Positions 31,929 through 41,856 of a stretch of DNA of 64,000 nt are shown piece after piece. Where the stretch lies: the NCBI GenBank assembly GCA_963755715.1, contig CAVWLW010000050.1:1-64000 (forward strand). Direction: 5' to 3'. The position numbers and the translations under genes are program-made. Under the pieces are notes generated by a model that ran no database searches, was not told the origin of the DNA, and saw nothing but the letters and a program-made list of their open reading frames with translations. Each line of letters starts with the position of its first letter. The first letter of the stretch is position 1. The DNA is from an uncultured delta proteobacterium (GTDB lineage: Bacteria; Desulfobacterota; Binatia; UBA9968).

Positions 31929-32672
31929 TTAAGTTCGTCCGACCTCCAATAGTTGTCCTGAAACATAGTCGGAGTCCGAGCTGGCGAAAAAAACGAATGC
32001 CGGTGCAATCGCTTCCGGCGCGACGGCTTCGCGATTGCGCCGCGCGATGCCCAAATGGGTACGGCGAAAATCCGTCAGAGCCGCGGTCATGCGCGTATCG
32101 GCGACCGGCGAGACGCAATTGACTTGAATATTATAAGCCTTGAGCTCATTGGCGGCGTTGCGCGTGAATGCGAGGATGCCGCCTTTGGCGGCCGCGTAAT
32201 CGGCGACGCCGTACGAGCCGCGCAGCGCCGACGGCGCTGCGATGTTAATAATCTTGCCTTTGCGCTGCTGTTTCATGAAAGGGAGCACCGCTTGGGTGCA
32301 GTTGAACGTTCCCTTGAGATGCACCGCCAGAGTCTCGTCCCACTGTTCTTCAGAGATATCTTCCAGCGGCGCCAGACGAAGAATGCCGGCATTGTTGACG
32401 AGGATATCGATCCGTCCCCACTTGGCGATGGCCGCTTGCACGAGCCGCTCGGCGTCGCCCCGACGGCGCACGTCGGCCAGCATGGCGATGACGTCACGGC
32501 CGGGCGCGGCGATCTCGGCCTTCGCCTTTTCAAGCGCGTCTTGATCGCGCACCGCGGCCAGCGCCAGCCGCGCGCCTTCCCGGGCGAAGGCGGACGCGAC
32601 CGCGAAGCCGATGCCCCGGCTGCCGCCGGTAACGATCGCGACCTGATCCTCGAGTCTGCCTTGAATAGTCAC
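31929..32672 (-). CDS. Short-chain dehydrogenase/reductase (FabG-like)
   Basis: Motifs TGGSRGIG, NNAG and YAAAK. Confidence 0.92.
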   Translation of the reverse strand: MTIQGRLEDQVAIVTGGSRGIGFAVASAFAREGARLALAAVRDQDALEKAKAEIAAPGRDVIAMLADVRRRGDAERLVQAAIAKWGRIDILVNNAGILRLAPLEDISEEQWDETLAVHLKGTFNCTQAVLPFMKQQRKGKIINIAAPSALRGSYGVADYAAAKGGILAFTRNAANELKAYNIQVNCVSPVADTRMTAALTDFRRTHLGIARRNREAVAPEAIAPAFVFFASSDSDYVSGQLLEVGRT

Positions 32673-32743
32673 CGGCGCGCGCTGTTCCTAGGGATTCTGA
32701 TCATGTTGGAGTCCATTTAATTCGGATCTCGCGCGATCGCAAC

Positions 32744-33229
32744 TTATTTTTTTCCATCGGCCGCGCGCTCGAAGCGATCTTCAACTTCGCCGATGTAGGC
32801 GGCGAGAGAATTGCTGGACTGCTCGACGATCACTCGCAGGTCTCGATCCAGCTTTTCCAGCCGAGCCAGAAGCGCATTGTTAAATTGCGTGGCTTGGTTG
32901 CTCTGCTCGTGCAGCGCCTCTTCCAGAGATGTTTTCAACTGGTAGAAGCGCGACGCCTCCGCATTCTCGGCGATCTCGCGCTGGTTCTGCAACTCGCGCG
33001 ATTGGCGCCGGTTTTCCAGCAGCACCGACGACTGCAAATAAACGACGTAGATCAAAAACAGCAGCGCGAGCAGTGCGGTAACGATGAGCAAGACCAAGCC
33101 GAGCGGCGCCTGCACGGTGGTGAAGCCGACCGACAGCGTCGTCTCGCTCATAAAGGCGCTCCAGTTTAGGACCGCGAATATGGCGACGACGGCGACCAAA
33201 AAAACGATGAGCAATGTGCGCAGATACAC
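32744..33229 (-). CDS. LapA-family (DUF1049-like) membrane protein with a coiled-coil tail
   Basis: Two TM segments (FAVLNW...APLGLVLL) and the motif A..AEASRF..L. Confidence 0.7.
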   Translation of the reverse strand: MYLRTLLIVFLVAVVAIFAVLNWSAFMSETTLSVGFTTVQAPLGLVLLIVTALLALLFLIYVVYLQSSVLLENRRQSRELQNQREIAENAEASRFYQLKTSLEEALHEQSNQATQFNNALLARLEKLDRDLRVIVEQSSNSLAAYIGEVEDRFERAADGKK

Positions 33230-33307
33230 GGTAACCTCCTCGCTTGCACCCAGTTTGACTCAATCCGTCGATTCTTCAACACATGGCCCGGCTCGGCGCG
33301 ATAGGGC

Positions 33308-33338
33308 TTGACTGCGGAGCCCACTTCTCTGTTAAACT
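33308..33338 (+). promoter_or_regulatory. Candidate sigma-70 promoter of the GlcG-RdhA operon
   Basis: TTGACT at 33308 and an extended -10 TG-T-TAAACT ending at 33338. The 19-nt spacer is long. Confidence 0.35.
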
Positions 33339-33377
33339 AAGAAACTGGACTAGCAGCAAGGAGGATCGCACACGACA

Positions 33378-33776
33378 ATGGCTATCCCTGGAGAAAAAGC
33401 AATCCAAATGGTGCGCAACGCGCACGGGCAGGCGGCGCAACTCGACATCGCGGTGACGGCCGTCGTGGTCGACCAAAGCGGCCGTATGATTGCGCTCGGG
33501 CGCATGGACAAAGCGCGCCCGATCACGGTCGAAATAGCGCTCAACAAAGCCTACACCGCGGCGAGTTTCCAACAACCGACGCACGAGTTGGCCGGCGTCG
33601 CGGCGCAGACCTGGTTTCAGAGTTTGGTGGTGTCGAGCAACGGCCGCATAATGCCCGGCGGCGGCGCATTGCCGATCGTCGAAGGCGGCAGCGTGGTTGG
33701 CGCCATTGCCGTCGCCGGCGGCACCGACGATCAAGATCAGAAGTGTGCCGAAGTGGCGCTGGCATCGTATTCGTGA
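33378..33776 (+). CDS. GlcG/HbpS/PduO-C (DUF336) heme- or cobalamin-binding protein
   Basis: Motifs VVDQSG...RMD, ALNKAYTA, GGALPI...G.VVGAIAVAGG...QD. A strong AAGGAGG RBS precedes it. Confidence 0.9.
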   Translation: MAIPGEKAIQMVRNAHGQAAQLDIAVTAVVVDQSGRMIALGRMDKARPITVEIALNKAYTAASFQQPTHELAGVAAQTWFQSLVVSSNGRIMPGGGALPIVEGGSVVGAIAVAGGTDDQDQKCAEVALASYS

Positions 33777-33836
33777 CATTAATGGGATTGAATCGATTGA
33801 ACAGCCTATTACGCGCCGATCTAAAAGGAGTGTGTT

Positions 33837-35179
33837 ATGGCACTGACAATTGAGCAGGAAGCCCAACAGCCCACCGGAACTGCGGGCGCCAACGGCGAGC
33901 CACGCCGGCGAAGAATTTCCTACGCCTTACCTCGGGCGGTCAGTCAAAATCGTCGGTCAGCATGTCAACGTCGATATGAACCAGTCGCCGCATCCGAAGA
34001 ATCAGCGCGGCGAACTCGGCAAACCGCTGTTCAACTGGTATCGCAACACCGTCTCCAAAGATCCCTCTGACCCGCGTCTCGGCACCCAACCACTTCGCCG
34101 ATCGCAGACATTTTCTGGCCAACGTGATCAACCGGTCGAGCAACGGTAAAGTCAATCCACAAAAAGTCGCGGTGGACGATCCGGCGGCGATGGCGCGCCA
34201 CATCAAGGCCGTCGCCCTCTACATGGGAGCCGACGTGGTCGGCATCGCCAAGACGCATCCGTCCTATCTGTACGCTGCTGGCGGAGGCCGCTACGTTCAG
34301 GACGGCACGGCGAAGGACGACTACCAAAGCAACTCGCCTGAAGATCTGGCGCGGAAGTTTCCCTATATCATCCAGGCAACCACCGCGTGGGATTACAACA
34401 AGCTCCAGGCGCACCGCCATCAGATCGGCGACGCCGCGTACCACGTGTCGCAAATGAAAGGCGTGATGGTGCTGAAGGCGCTCGAAGGCTACATCAAAGA
34501 ACTCGGTTACACGGCGCTCCGAGGCGTAGTCACGCCGCAGGCGGCCGGCGTTGCCGGGGGCATCGGTGAGTTGGGCAGAAACGGATTGGTCATCAACAAA
34601 AACTTCGGCGCCCGCATTCATATGCCCGACCCGATTTTAACCGACCTGCCTCTCGTTGCCGACGCGCCCGTGGATATCGGCGTCGATGACTTCTGCAAAA
34701 TTTGCCGCAAATGCGCCAACACTTGTCCGACCAACAGCATACCGTTCGGTGACAAGGTGGTCTTCAACGGTATCGAAAAATACAAGATCAATTGGCTCAC
34801 TTGCTACAAGCTGAGACCGTATGTGCACGATCATTGGGGCAGCTGCCTCACCTGCGCCGCCGTCTGCCCGTTTACCAAGCCGAATGTCTGGTGGCACACG
34901 ATGACGGTGTCGATGCTTCATGCTTTTCCTTACTTCGCGCGTCCAGCGTTGGTGCGTTTTCTCAAATGGATCGACGACCGCTTCTGGGGCGTCGTGCGCA
35001 ATACCCGCGTCACCTGGCTCGGCTACGACTCCGGCGTCAAGCCGGGTGAGCACGCTTGCACCGTCGCCGGCTGTAACGCCTCGCACGAGAAGAGTGCGGC
35101 AAGCGCCGTCGCGGGAAACGTCGGCTACTACGCGCCGCTCAAAGAGAACACCAATCGATTCGTCAAACGGGATGCTTAG
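33837..35179 (+). CDS. Reductive dehalogenase-like cobalamin / 2x[4Fe-4S] protein without a TAT signal, frameshifts at about 33900 and 34065
   Basis: Motifs IKAVALYMGADVVGIA, YIKELGYTA, GIGELGRNGLVINKNFGARI, TDLPL..D.P.D.G..DFCKICRKCANTCP and C-x13-CLTCAAVCPF. Confidence 0.82.
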
Positions 35180-35763
35180 TGGCCTTGCGAATCGGTCCGC
35201 TCAATTTGCCTTGGCGCGGGAAAAACACTCACAAGGACGATCCCTATTGGGATTTTTTCATCAACACGCCCGCCGCGGATCTCGCCAATACGGTCACCGA
35301 GATGATCCGCAATGCCCCCGAGGGCAATGTATTCCCAACCAGAACAGAGCTCCACACTCCCGAGATAACTTCGAGTCACGTTAAAGGAATGGCGGAATAC
35401 TTCGGTGCCGAGATGACGGGCATCGCCAGACTGACTCCAGCGGATACGCGCGACGGTGAATTCTATCCGTTCGCGGTCATTTGCGCGGTACATGCCGATT
35501 ATGATCCACGAAAATCACCAGGGATCGGCGGTCAGGTGCCGGTGCAAAATGGGCTGTTCATCAGCTTCGTTCTGAGCGCGTGGATCAGGGAGTTGGGTTA
35601 TCGCGCTAGCGCAGCGCCGGAACCGGATGCTGAAAAGTTGGCCGCCAGAGCCGGGCTCGGCAGTTTGAATGAAGAAGGAAAATTGGTAACGCCACGGTTC
35701 GGCGCCAACGTTCACGTGGCCAACGTGATTCGCACCGACCTGCCGCTGGCGCCGGACGGCTAG
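35179..35763 (+). CDS. RdhA-like cobalamin-binding-fold protein lacking the Fe-S motifs
   Basis: HVKGMAEYFGAEMTGIA, WIRELGYRA and AGLGSL...LVTPRFGANVH...IRTDLPLAPDG* are colinear with the upstream gene, but the ORF stops before the cysteine motifs. Its start overlaps the upstream stop. Confidence 0.75.
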   Translation: MALRIGPLNLPWRGKNTHKDDPYWDFFINTPAADLANTVTEMIRNAPEGNVFPTRTELHTPEITSSHVKGMAEYFGAEMTGIARLTPADTRDGEFYPFAVICAVHADYDPRKSPGIGGQVPVQNGLFISFVLSAWIRELGYRASAAPEPDAEKLAARAGLGSLNEEGKLVTPRFGANVHVANVIRTDLPLAPDG

Positions 35764-35853
35764 CAAAGTTAATTTCAAATCTCAAATTGCAGATCTCAGA
35801 TCCGAAATTTTGAAATTTGAAGATTTGTAATTCCGAGCGAAGCGAGTATCCTG

Positions 35854-36520
35854 ATGCCCTATATCATCACCAGTCTTGTGCACCAACGACGGAGCCTGCG
35901 TCGAAGTGTGCCCGGTTGCGTGCATTCATACGACCCCCGGCGCGCCGCAGTTCTACATCGATCCCGAAGTCTGCATCGATTGCGAGCAATGCGAGATCGT
36001 TTGCCCGGTAGACGCGATCTTCAAAGACATCGACATCCCCGCCGAGCACGTTCCATCGATCGAGGTAAACGCCGCCTTTTTTCGCAAGAACAAAGCGGCG
36101 GTCGGACCGGTACCGTTCGATATAGCGTGGGAGATGATTCATGCCGCCCAGGATTACGCGCAGCTCTTCGGCATCGCAGTCAGCGCGGCGGTTGTCGACG
36201 AAGCCGGCGCACCCATTGCCGTGGGGAAAATGGACAAAGCGGAACCGCGATCGACGGAGCTAGCCTTCAACAAAGCCTACACCGCGGCGGCGCTCCATGT
36301 GCCGACCGCGGAGTTGGTGCAGCAGGCGCGCCAACCCTGGCTGCGCAGTTTAATGGTTTCCCATCGCGGACGGATGATGCCCGTGAGCGGCGCGGTGCCG
36401 ATTCTCAACGGTGTCACCATCGTCGGCGCTATCGGCGTGGCCGGCGCGAGCCGCCCGGAGCAAGATGTTCTTTGCTGCCGCGCCGCTATGGCGGTGTGGG
36501 AAAGCCCGGGACATCACTAA
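35854..36520 (+). CDS. Dicluster ferredoxin fused to a GlcG/HbpS domain, frameshift at about 35878
   Basis: MPYIITSLCTNDGACVEVCPVACIH...YIDPEVCIDCEQCEIVCPVDAIF (FdxA-like) followed by VVDEAG...NKAYTA...VGAIGVAG...QD. Confidence 0.88.
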
Positions 36521-36645
36521 ATCTATCGATGTTCGACCTGCTCTGAGTTCGCATCAAGGCGGTTAAGTCTCGGAGCTGGCGAGTTGCCACCGTGAAGTAA
36601 ATTTCGCGCCTTACGCCTCACCCTTTCCCACTCACATTTTGTGCT

Positions 36646-37671
36646 CTACTTCACTTCCCCCGGAAAAAGCTTCGACGCATAGTCGCGGTTGACCGCCTGA
36701 ATAAGCGTATTGTCGTAAAATTTCTTCGGATCGGCCCCCTTCGCCTTGGCATCGGATGAATCGTCGAGCACGACGCGGATCGCCGCCGGATCCACGGTCA
36801 TGTCTTTGTTCCACACCCGCAAGCCTTGCTGGTAGTTTTCGGACAGGATTTTTGGGTCGGCGATCTTGGTATACTTCGACTCGATTTTCTTGGCGAATTC
36901 TTCGTCGTCAACCGCTCTTTTCACGCCATCGAGATAACTCATGAGAAACGCCTTGATCGTATTCGGATACTTTTGCAAGAACTCGCGCGTCACCGATGTG
37001 CCCGGACCGACGATTTTCAATCCTTCTTTGTAGTAGTCGATAATGATCGGATAACCCTGCTGTTTGGCCAGTTCGGTCTGTGGTGGAGAGATGACGAGGC
37101 CATCGGCATTGCCCACGAAAAAAGTCGAGAGAGCCTCCGGGGGTGAGCGATGATAGAGCAGTTTCAAATCTTTGCCGACCTCCATGCCTTGTTTCCGCGC
37201 CGTCATGCGAATAGCGATTTCGCCGAAGGCGCCGGGAAACGTGGTCGCAATCGATTTGCCGCGCAAGCTCTCGAAAGACGTGATTCCCTTTTGCCCAAAC
37301 AAAATTAGCGAGTTTCTGTCCACCGCTGCGGCCACGTAAATAATATCCGCGCCCGCCAAATTCGCCGCGATGGCGGCGGTGCCGCCCTGATAAATGTCGA
37401 TGGTTCCCGAAATAACGCCTTGAACCGCTATGGTCGCGCCGACTTGATTGACCGAGACATTGAGACCGCGCTTGGCAAAGTAGCCCGCTTCGAGCGCAAT
37501 AAAGAGCGGCAGACTCGTAGTCCCCGAGCCCGCCGTGCCGACTTCCAGGCGGGTTTTTTCCGGCTTCGCAGTGAGTGCTTGTTCTGCGCTCTCGGAATTC
37601 CACGGCAACGCGATCGAGCAGATCATGCCGAGGACGAGCGCGCTCCAACGCGCTGGCAAGAGATAATTCAT
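36646..37671 (-). CDS. ABC transporter substrate-binding protein (NMT1/THI5-like)
   Basis: Signal peptide, plus GYFAKRGLNV and SLRGKSIA. Confidence 0.85.
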   Translation of the reverse strand: MNYLLPARWSALVLGMICSIALPWNSESAEQALTAKPEKTRLEVGTAGSGTTSLPLFIALEAGYFAKRGLNVSVNQVGATIAVQGVISGTIDIYQGGTAAIAANLAGADIIYVAAAVDRNSLILFGQKGITSFESLRGKSIATTFPGAFGEIAIRMTARKQGMEVGKDLKLLYHRSPPEALSTFFVGNADGLVISPPQTELAKQQGYPIIIDYYKEGLKIVGPGTSVTREFLQKYPNTIKAFLMSYLDGVKRAVDDEEFAKKIESKYTKIADPKILSENYQQGLRVWNKDMTVDPAAIRVVLDDSSDAKAKGADPKKFYDNTLIQAVNRDYASKLFPGEVK

Positions 37672-37703
37672 GGCTCATTCCTCGTGATCGCCCGCTTTCG
37701 ACT

Positions 37704-38694
37704 TTATTTCATCTCGGCCAAGACCTGCCGTAGCAGCGTAAAATCAATAACGTCTTCCTGCTTCACTTCTTTCCCGGTGGTTTTCTTGATCAGCTCGAGC
37801 TGGGTTCGGATCGCGCTTTCCTTGCCGAGCCCGTCGGGACTGACGGTCTTCAACGACCGGGCGTAGCCCTTTTCAGCGATCGGCTTGGAAAGCTTGAGCC
37901 AATCCATGTAAAGCGCGACCGACTCGGAGCGGTGATTCAAAAAGAACAGCCCCGCCTTGACCATCGCTCGAATGAATTTCTTCACCTCTTCGGGATTTTC
38001 TTTGAGCTTTTTATCGGTGACGGTGAGCCCGCTGAAGGGCACCTCGAACTTGCCTTCGATGTCGGCGAGCAAACTATAGCCTTTGTCTTCCGCCACGGCA
38101 TGAAGCGGCACCGGCAGCGGCGTCGCCTCGACGCTGCCGGCGAAGAGCGCCTGCAGCCGCACGTTTTCCCGTCCCATCGCAAGCATCACCACGTCCTTGT
38201 CAGGATCCAGGCCGCCGGCCGAAAGCATGGCGCGCGTGGATGTGTAAACCGCGCCGGAAAAACTGCTGATGGCAATCTTCTTGCCGCGCAACTGGGCGAC
38301 ACTTTTGAATTCCGGCCGTGCGACTAATGTGAGATCGGCAAATTTATGCGCCAGGTGAACGCTCTTGATCGGCAAACCCTGCGCCGCCGCCAACAGCCCG
38401 GAGCCGCCGCCGAACAGCGTATAGTCGATCTCGCCCACGACCTGGCTCTTCAACGCGAGATCGCTGGTGATAATCAACAGCGTCGGCCGCAGTCCCTCAT
38501 CGTCAAAAAATTTCTGCTTGATGCCGGTCATCAAGGTGACCGACGCCATCGACGGCGGATAGGCGACTTTGACTTCCTTTAATCTCGCGGACTTGGGCCG
38601 CGCGCGCAGGGGTCGCAACCGGCAGCAAGAGAAGAGAAAATAAAAACGCTAGCGCGCTGAGATGCGTTTGGGTGGACGTTCGATCACCGGTCAT
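37704..38694 (-). CDS. ABC transporter substrate-binding protein (NMT1/THI5-like), frameshift at about 38600
   Basis: The signal peptide lies in the 38694 frame. The body contains FFDDEGL, QLRGKKIAIS and IDFTLLRQV. Confidence 0.85.
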
Positions 38695-38785
38695 GTTCGC
38701 GCCCTCTTTGCCGAGCGAAATCCGAGGGAGAATTATTCACGTGGTCGCAGCCGAACATCATGAGCGTTGTCAAGTTCGCAGAGAA

Positions 38786-39124
38786 TTAGCTCCGGCGCAC
38801 TGCAAAGAGTTTTTCGAATTCGCCGCCGTCGAGCCAGATGCCGCGGCAGTCGGCACAGGCATCTAAAATGACCGACCGATCGATGCTGCTATAAACACGC
38901 AGGAGTTCCGACCCATCGCGCGGACATTTTCCCCTTTTTCCTTCGACCTCGTCTTTGACATGGCCGCGGCGCAATGACGCCACGTGGCGCGCCTCTTCGG
39001 CGAGAAGCTGGCTAAGCTCATGCGCGTCGAACCAAATGCCGGCGCAGGACGAGCACCGGTCCACGGCTACCCCTTGCACTGAGAATTCACCGAGCGTGTC
39101 GGCCTCGCACTTTGGACAGTTCAT
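38786..39124 (-). CDS. Double zf-TFIIB zinc-ribbon protein
   Basis: The unit CPxC...vDxCxxCxGIWxDxxE occurs twice. The second copy begins CPRD. Confidence 0.85.
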   Translation of the reverse strand: MNCPKCEADTLGEFSVQGVAVDRCSSCAGIWFDAHELSQLLAEEARHVASLRRGHVKDEVEGKRGKCPRDGSELLRVYSSIDRSVILDACADCRGIWLDGGEFEKLFAVRRS

Positions 39125-39297
39125 ATTCGATTCTTCCTGATTTCCCCAGGGTGATTGCCGAAAACGTTAATTGAATCGTTCAAGGGGTGCAAGCAGAGAA
39201 TTGGGAAGATGCCGCCGCTGCCTCTTTCACTGAATAGTGAATTGGTTGTATAAATCTGTTCGGGCTGTATCTGCCATTAAATATAAGGAGGTCTCCC

Positions 39298-39726
39298 ATG
39301 AAGACGGTCAGAGACATCCTAGCCGTTAAAGGGCGCGAGGTTTGGACCATCGAGCTCGAAGCTACGGTATTCGAAGCCATGAAGCGCATGGCGGAAAAGG
39401 AAGTCGGCGCCCTGCTGGTCGCGGATGGCCCAAAGCTCGTCGGCCTCATCTCCGAGCGCGACTACGCCCGCAAAGTGATTCTTCAGGGCCGCGCGTCTCC
39501 TACCACGAGGGTCAGGGAAATCATGACCAGCCACGTCGTCTGCACGCACCTCGACCAACCGATCGAAGAATGCATGGCCGTCATGACGGACAAGCGCGTG
39601 CGCCATTTGCCAGTCATCGAAGAAGGAAAATTGGTCGGCATCATCTCCATCGGCGACCTGGTCAAGTCGATCATCGATGATCAGAAATTTATCATCGAGC
39701 AGCTGGAGAGATATATTACCAGCTGA
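39298..39726 (+). CDS. CBS-domain pair protein
   Basis: Motifs GLISERDYARKV, RVRHLPV and GIISIGDLVK. Confidence 0.93.
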   Translation: MKTVRDILAVKGREVWTIELEATVFEAMKRMAEKEVGALLVADGPKLVGLISERDYARKVILQGRASPTTRVREIMTSHVVCTHLDQPIEECMAVMTDKRVRHLPVIEEGKLVGIISIGDLVKSIIDDQKFIIEQLERYITS

Positions 39727-39811
39727 ACTCGACTCACAATCATTGCCGACCCACGTTCGGCTGTCGATAATCAATAGCGGCTACTAAGGCCAGGAAACAC
39801 ACGGAGGAAAA

Positions 39812-40834
39812 ATGCTACCTGAAATACCCCGAGAGAAGCAGCTCGGCATCCTGCAAAGGATGCTGATGATCAGGCGGGCCGAAGAGCACGTCATTCGGTT
39901 CAATGAAGACTACGAGGGTCTGATTCGCGGCCATTTTCACGTTTACATCGGCCAGGAGGCGACAGGCGTCGCAGTGTGCGAAGCTCTGCAGAAGGACGAT
40001 TACGTGTTCAGTACGCACCGCAATCACGGCCACGTCATTGCCAAGGGCGGCGACCCGGGCAAAGTGCTGGCCGAGATTATCGGTCGGGAAACGGGCTACT
40101 GCCGCGGGCGGGCGGGCACGTTTCACGTCGCCGCGCCTGATCTGAAAATCATTCACACCTCGGCCATCGTCGGCGGCTGTCTCGCGCTCGCCGCCGGGAC
40201 GGCTTTCGCCTCTCAGGTGCAGGAAACACGCGCGGTCTCCGTGGTCTTTTTCGGCGATGGCGCGATGGAAGAAGGCGTTTTCTACGAGTCGTTGAATATC
40301 GCGAAGCTCTGGCAACTGCCGCTGATCTTTCTGATGGAAAATAACTATCGGCGCGCCGGCCACAGCGGCTCAAGCCACAGCGCCAAAGAGTTGTCCAACG
40401 TTCCGCGCGCGCTCAACGTTGAAACCACCGTCGTCGACGGCGGTGACGTGGGCGCGATGTATAAAACCACGAGCGAACTCGTCCAGCGCATTCGCGCCGG
40501 CGAAGGGCCATTTTTCGTCGAAGCGCAAACCCATCCCTGGCCGGGCAACGACACCACCCATCCGAAGCTCGTCGCCGGCAAGACCGATATAAAATGGGCT
40601 TGGGATCCGAGCCCCGTCCCGGAAAACGTCCGCTCTTGGTACGCCGAAGGCGATCCCGTATTTATTTTTGCCCGCGAGCTGGTGAAAAGCGGCGGCGTCA
40701 GCCGCGAAGAGATCGAGCGCATCGATGCGGAAGTTCGCAAACAAGCGGACGAGGCGGCGCGTTTCGCGCTGGAAAGCCCGCTGCCGGAGCCGAAAGCCGC
40801 GCTCAACTTTGCTTATGCCGGAAGAGGTAATTGA
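39812..40834 (+). CDS. TPP-dependent dehydrogenase E1 alpha subunit (AcoA/PdhA-like)
   Basis: Motifs HVYIGQEA, HRNHGH and the TPP motif GDGA...ENN. Confidence 0.9.
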   Translation: MLPEIPREKQLGILQRMLMIRRAEEHVIRFNEDYEGLIRGHFHVYIGQEATGVAVCEALQKDDYVFSTHRNHGHVIAKGGDPGKVLAEIIGRETGYCRGRAGTFHVAAPDLKIIHTSAIVGGCLALAAGTAFASQVQETRAVSVVFFGDGAMEEGVFYESLNIAKLWQLPLIFLMENNYRRAGHSGSSHSAKELSNVPRALNVETTVVDGGDVGAMYKTTSELVQRIRAGEGPFFVEAQTHPWPGNDTTHPKLVAGKTDIKWAWDPSPVPENVRSWYAEGDPVFIFARELVKSGGVSREEIERIDAEVRKQADEAARFALESPLPEPKAALNFAYAGRGN

Positions 40835-40837
40835 GCC

Positions 40838-41816
40838 ATGCCACAAGAAATGACTTTTGGTGAAGCTTTGGTCAGCGCGCTGGGCGAAGTCCTGGAGCAA
40901 GATCGCCGCGTGGTGTTGATCGGCGGCGGCCTGGTCAGCTCGGGCCCCGCTCAAGCGCAATTTGCCCGCCTGCGTCAGAAATTTGCCAGCCGCATGAAGT
41001 CTCCGCCCATCGCCGAGATTGGCTTTTGCGGCATCGCGGCGGGCGCGGCGATGGCGGGCCTGAGACCGCTCGTCGACATCGGCACAGCGACGTTTTCCTA
41101 CGAAGCGATTCCGCAGATCGTCAACGAAGCGGCCATCGCGTATTCCAACTCCGGCGGACAAACCAACGTGCCGGTGACCTATTTCATGCGTTACGGCATT
41201 CGCGGCGGCGGCGGTGTGCAACATTCGGGAAGCCCGCAGCCGTGGTATTGGAACACGCCGGGCTTGCAAGTCGCCATGCCATCCAGCCCGGCCGACGCCA
41301 AAGGACTTGCTGCGCACCGCGCTGTTAAAAAGCCAGGACCCGACGATCTTTTTCGCCCACGAAAGACTGATGAACCAGCGCGGCCCGGTGCCCGACGGTG
41401 AATATGAAATTCCCTTCGGCAAGGCCGAAGTGAAACGAGAAGGACGCGACGTAACGATCATCGCCACCGGCGTGCAGGTTCCCCGCGCACTGGCCGCAGC
41501 CGACGCGTTGGCGAAGGATGGCATCTCGGCGGAAGTCGTCGATCCTCGAACGTTGGAGCCGCTGGACAAGGCGACTCTGATCGCGTCGGTGAAAAAAACC
41601 GGCCGCGTCGTAATCACCGACGAGAGCCATGATAATTGCAGCGTCGCCTCGGGATTGGCCGCGATCATGGCGGACGAGGCGTTCGCCAGCCTACGCGCGC
41701 CGATCAAGCGCGTGACGATTCCGCACGTCCCCGTGCCCTTCGCGGTGCCGATGGAGGATTACGTAACGCCCACCGCCGAGCGCATCGCCGAGACGGCGCG
41801 GGCGCTGGTGCGATGA
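40838..41816 (+). CDS. TPP-dependent dehydrogenase E1 beta subunit, frameshift at about 41305
   Basis: Motifs PIAE.GF.G.A.GAAM.GLRP, QHS, KREGRDVTII and DPRTL.PLD. Confidence 0.9.
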
Positions 41817-41856
41817 AGACTCGGCGAATCTCTTTCGACGATTAAACGGTTTGCTC

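Noticed and set aside
33230-33377. Cobalamin riboswitch upstream of the RdhA-like operon
   Set aside because: The leader is short and no B12-box-like sequence was recognised.
33837-35179. Assignment as epoxyqueuosine reductase QueG
   Set aside because: The spacing DFCxxCxKCAxxCP, the GELGRNG...GAR and TDLPL..D.P.D.G motifs, and the lack of QueG's GCDxCQ motif fit RdhA better.
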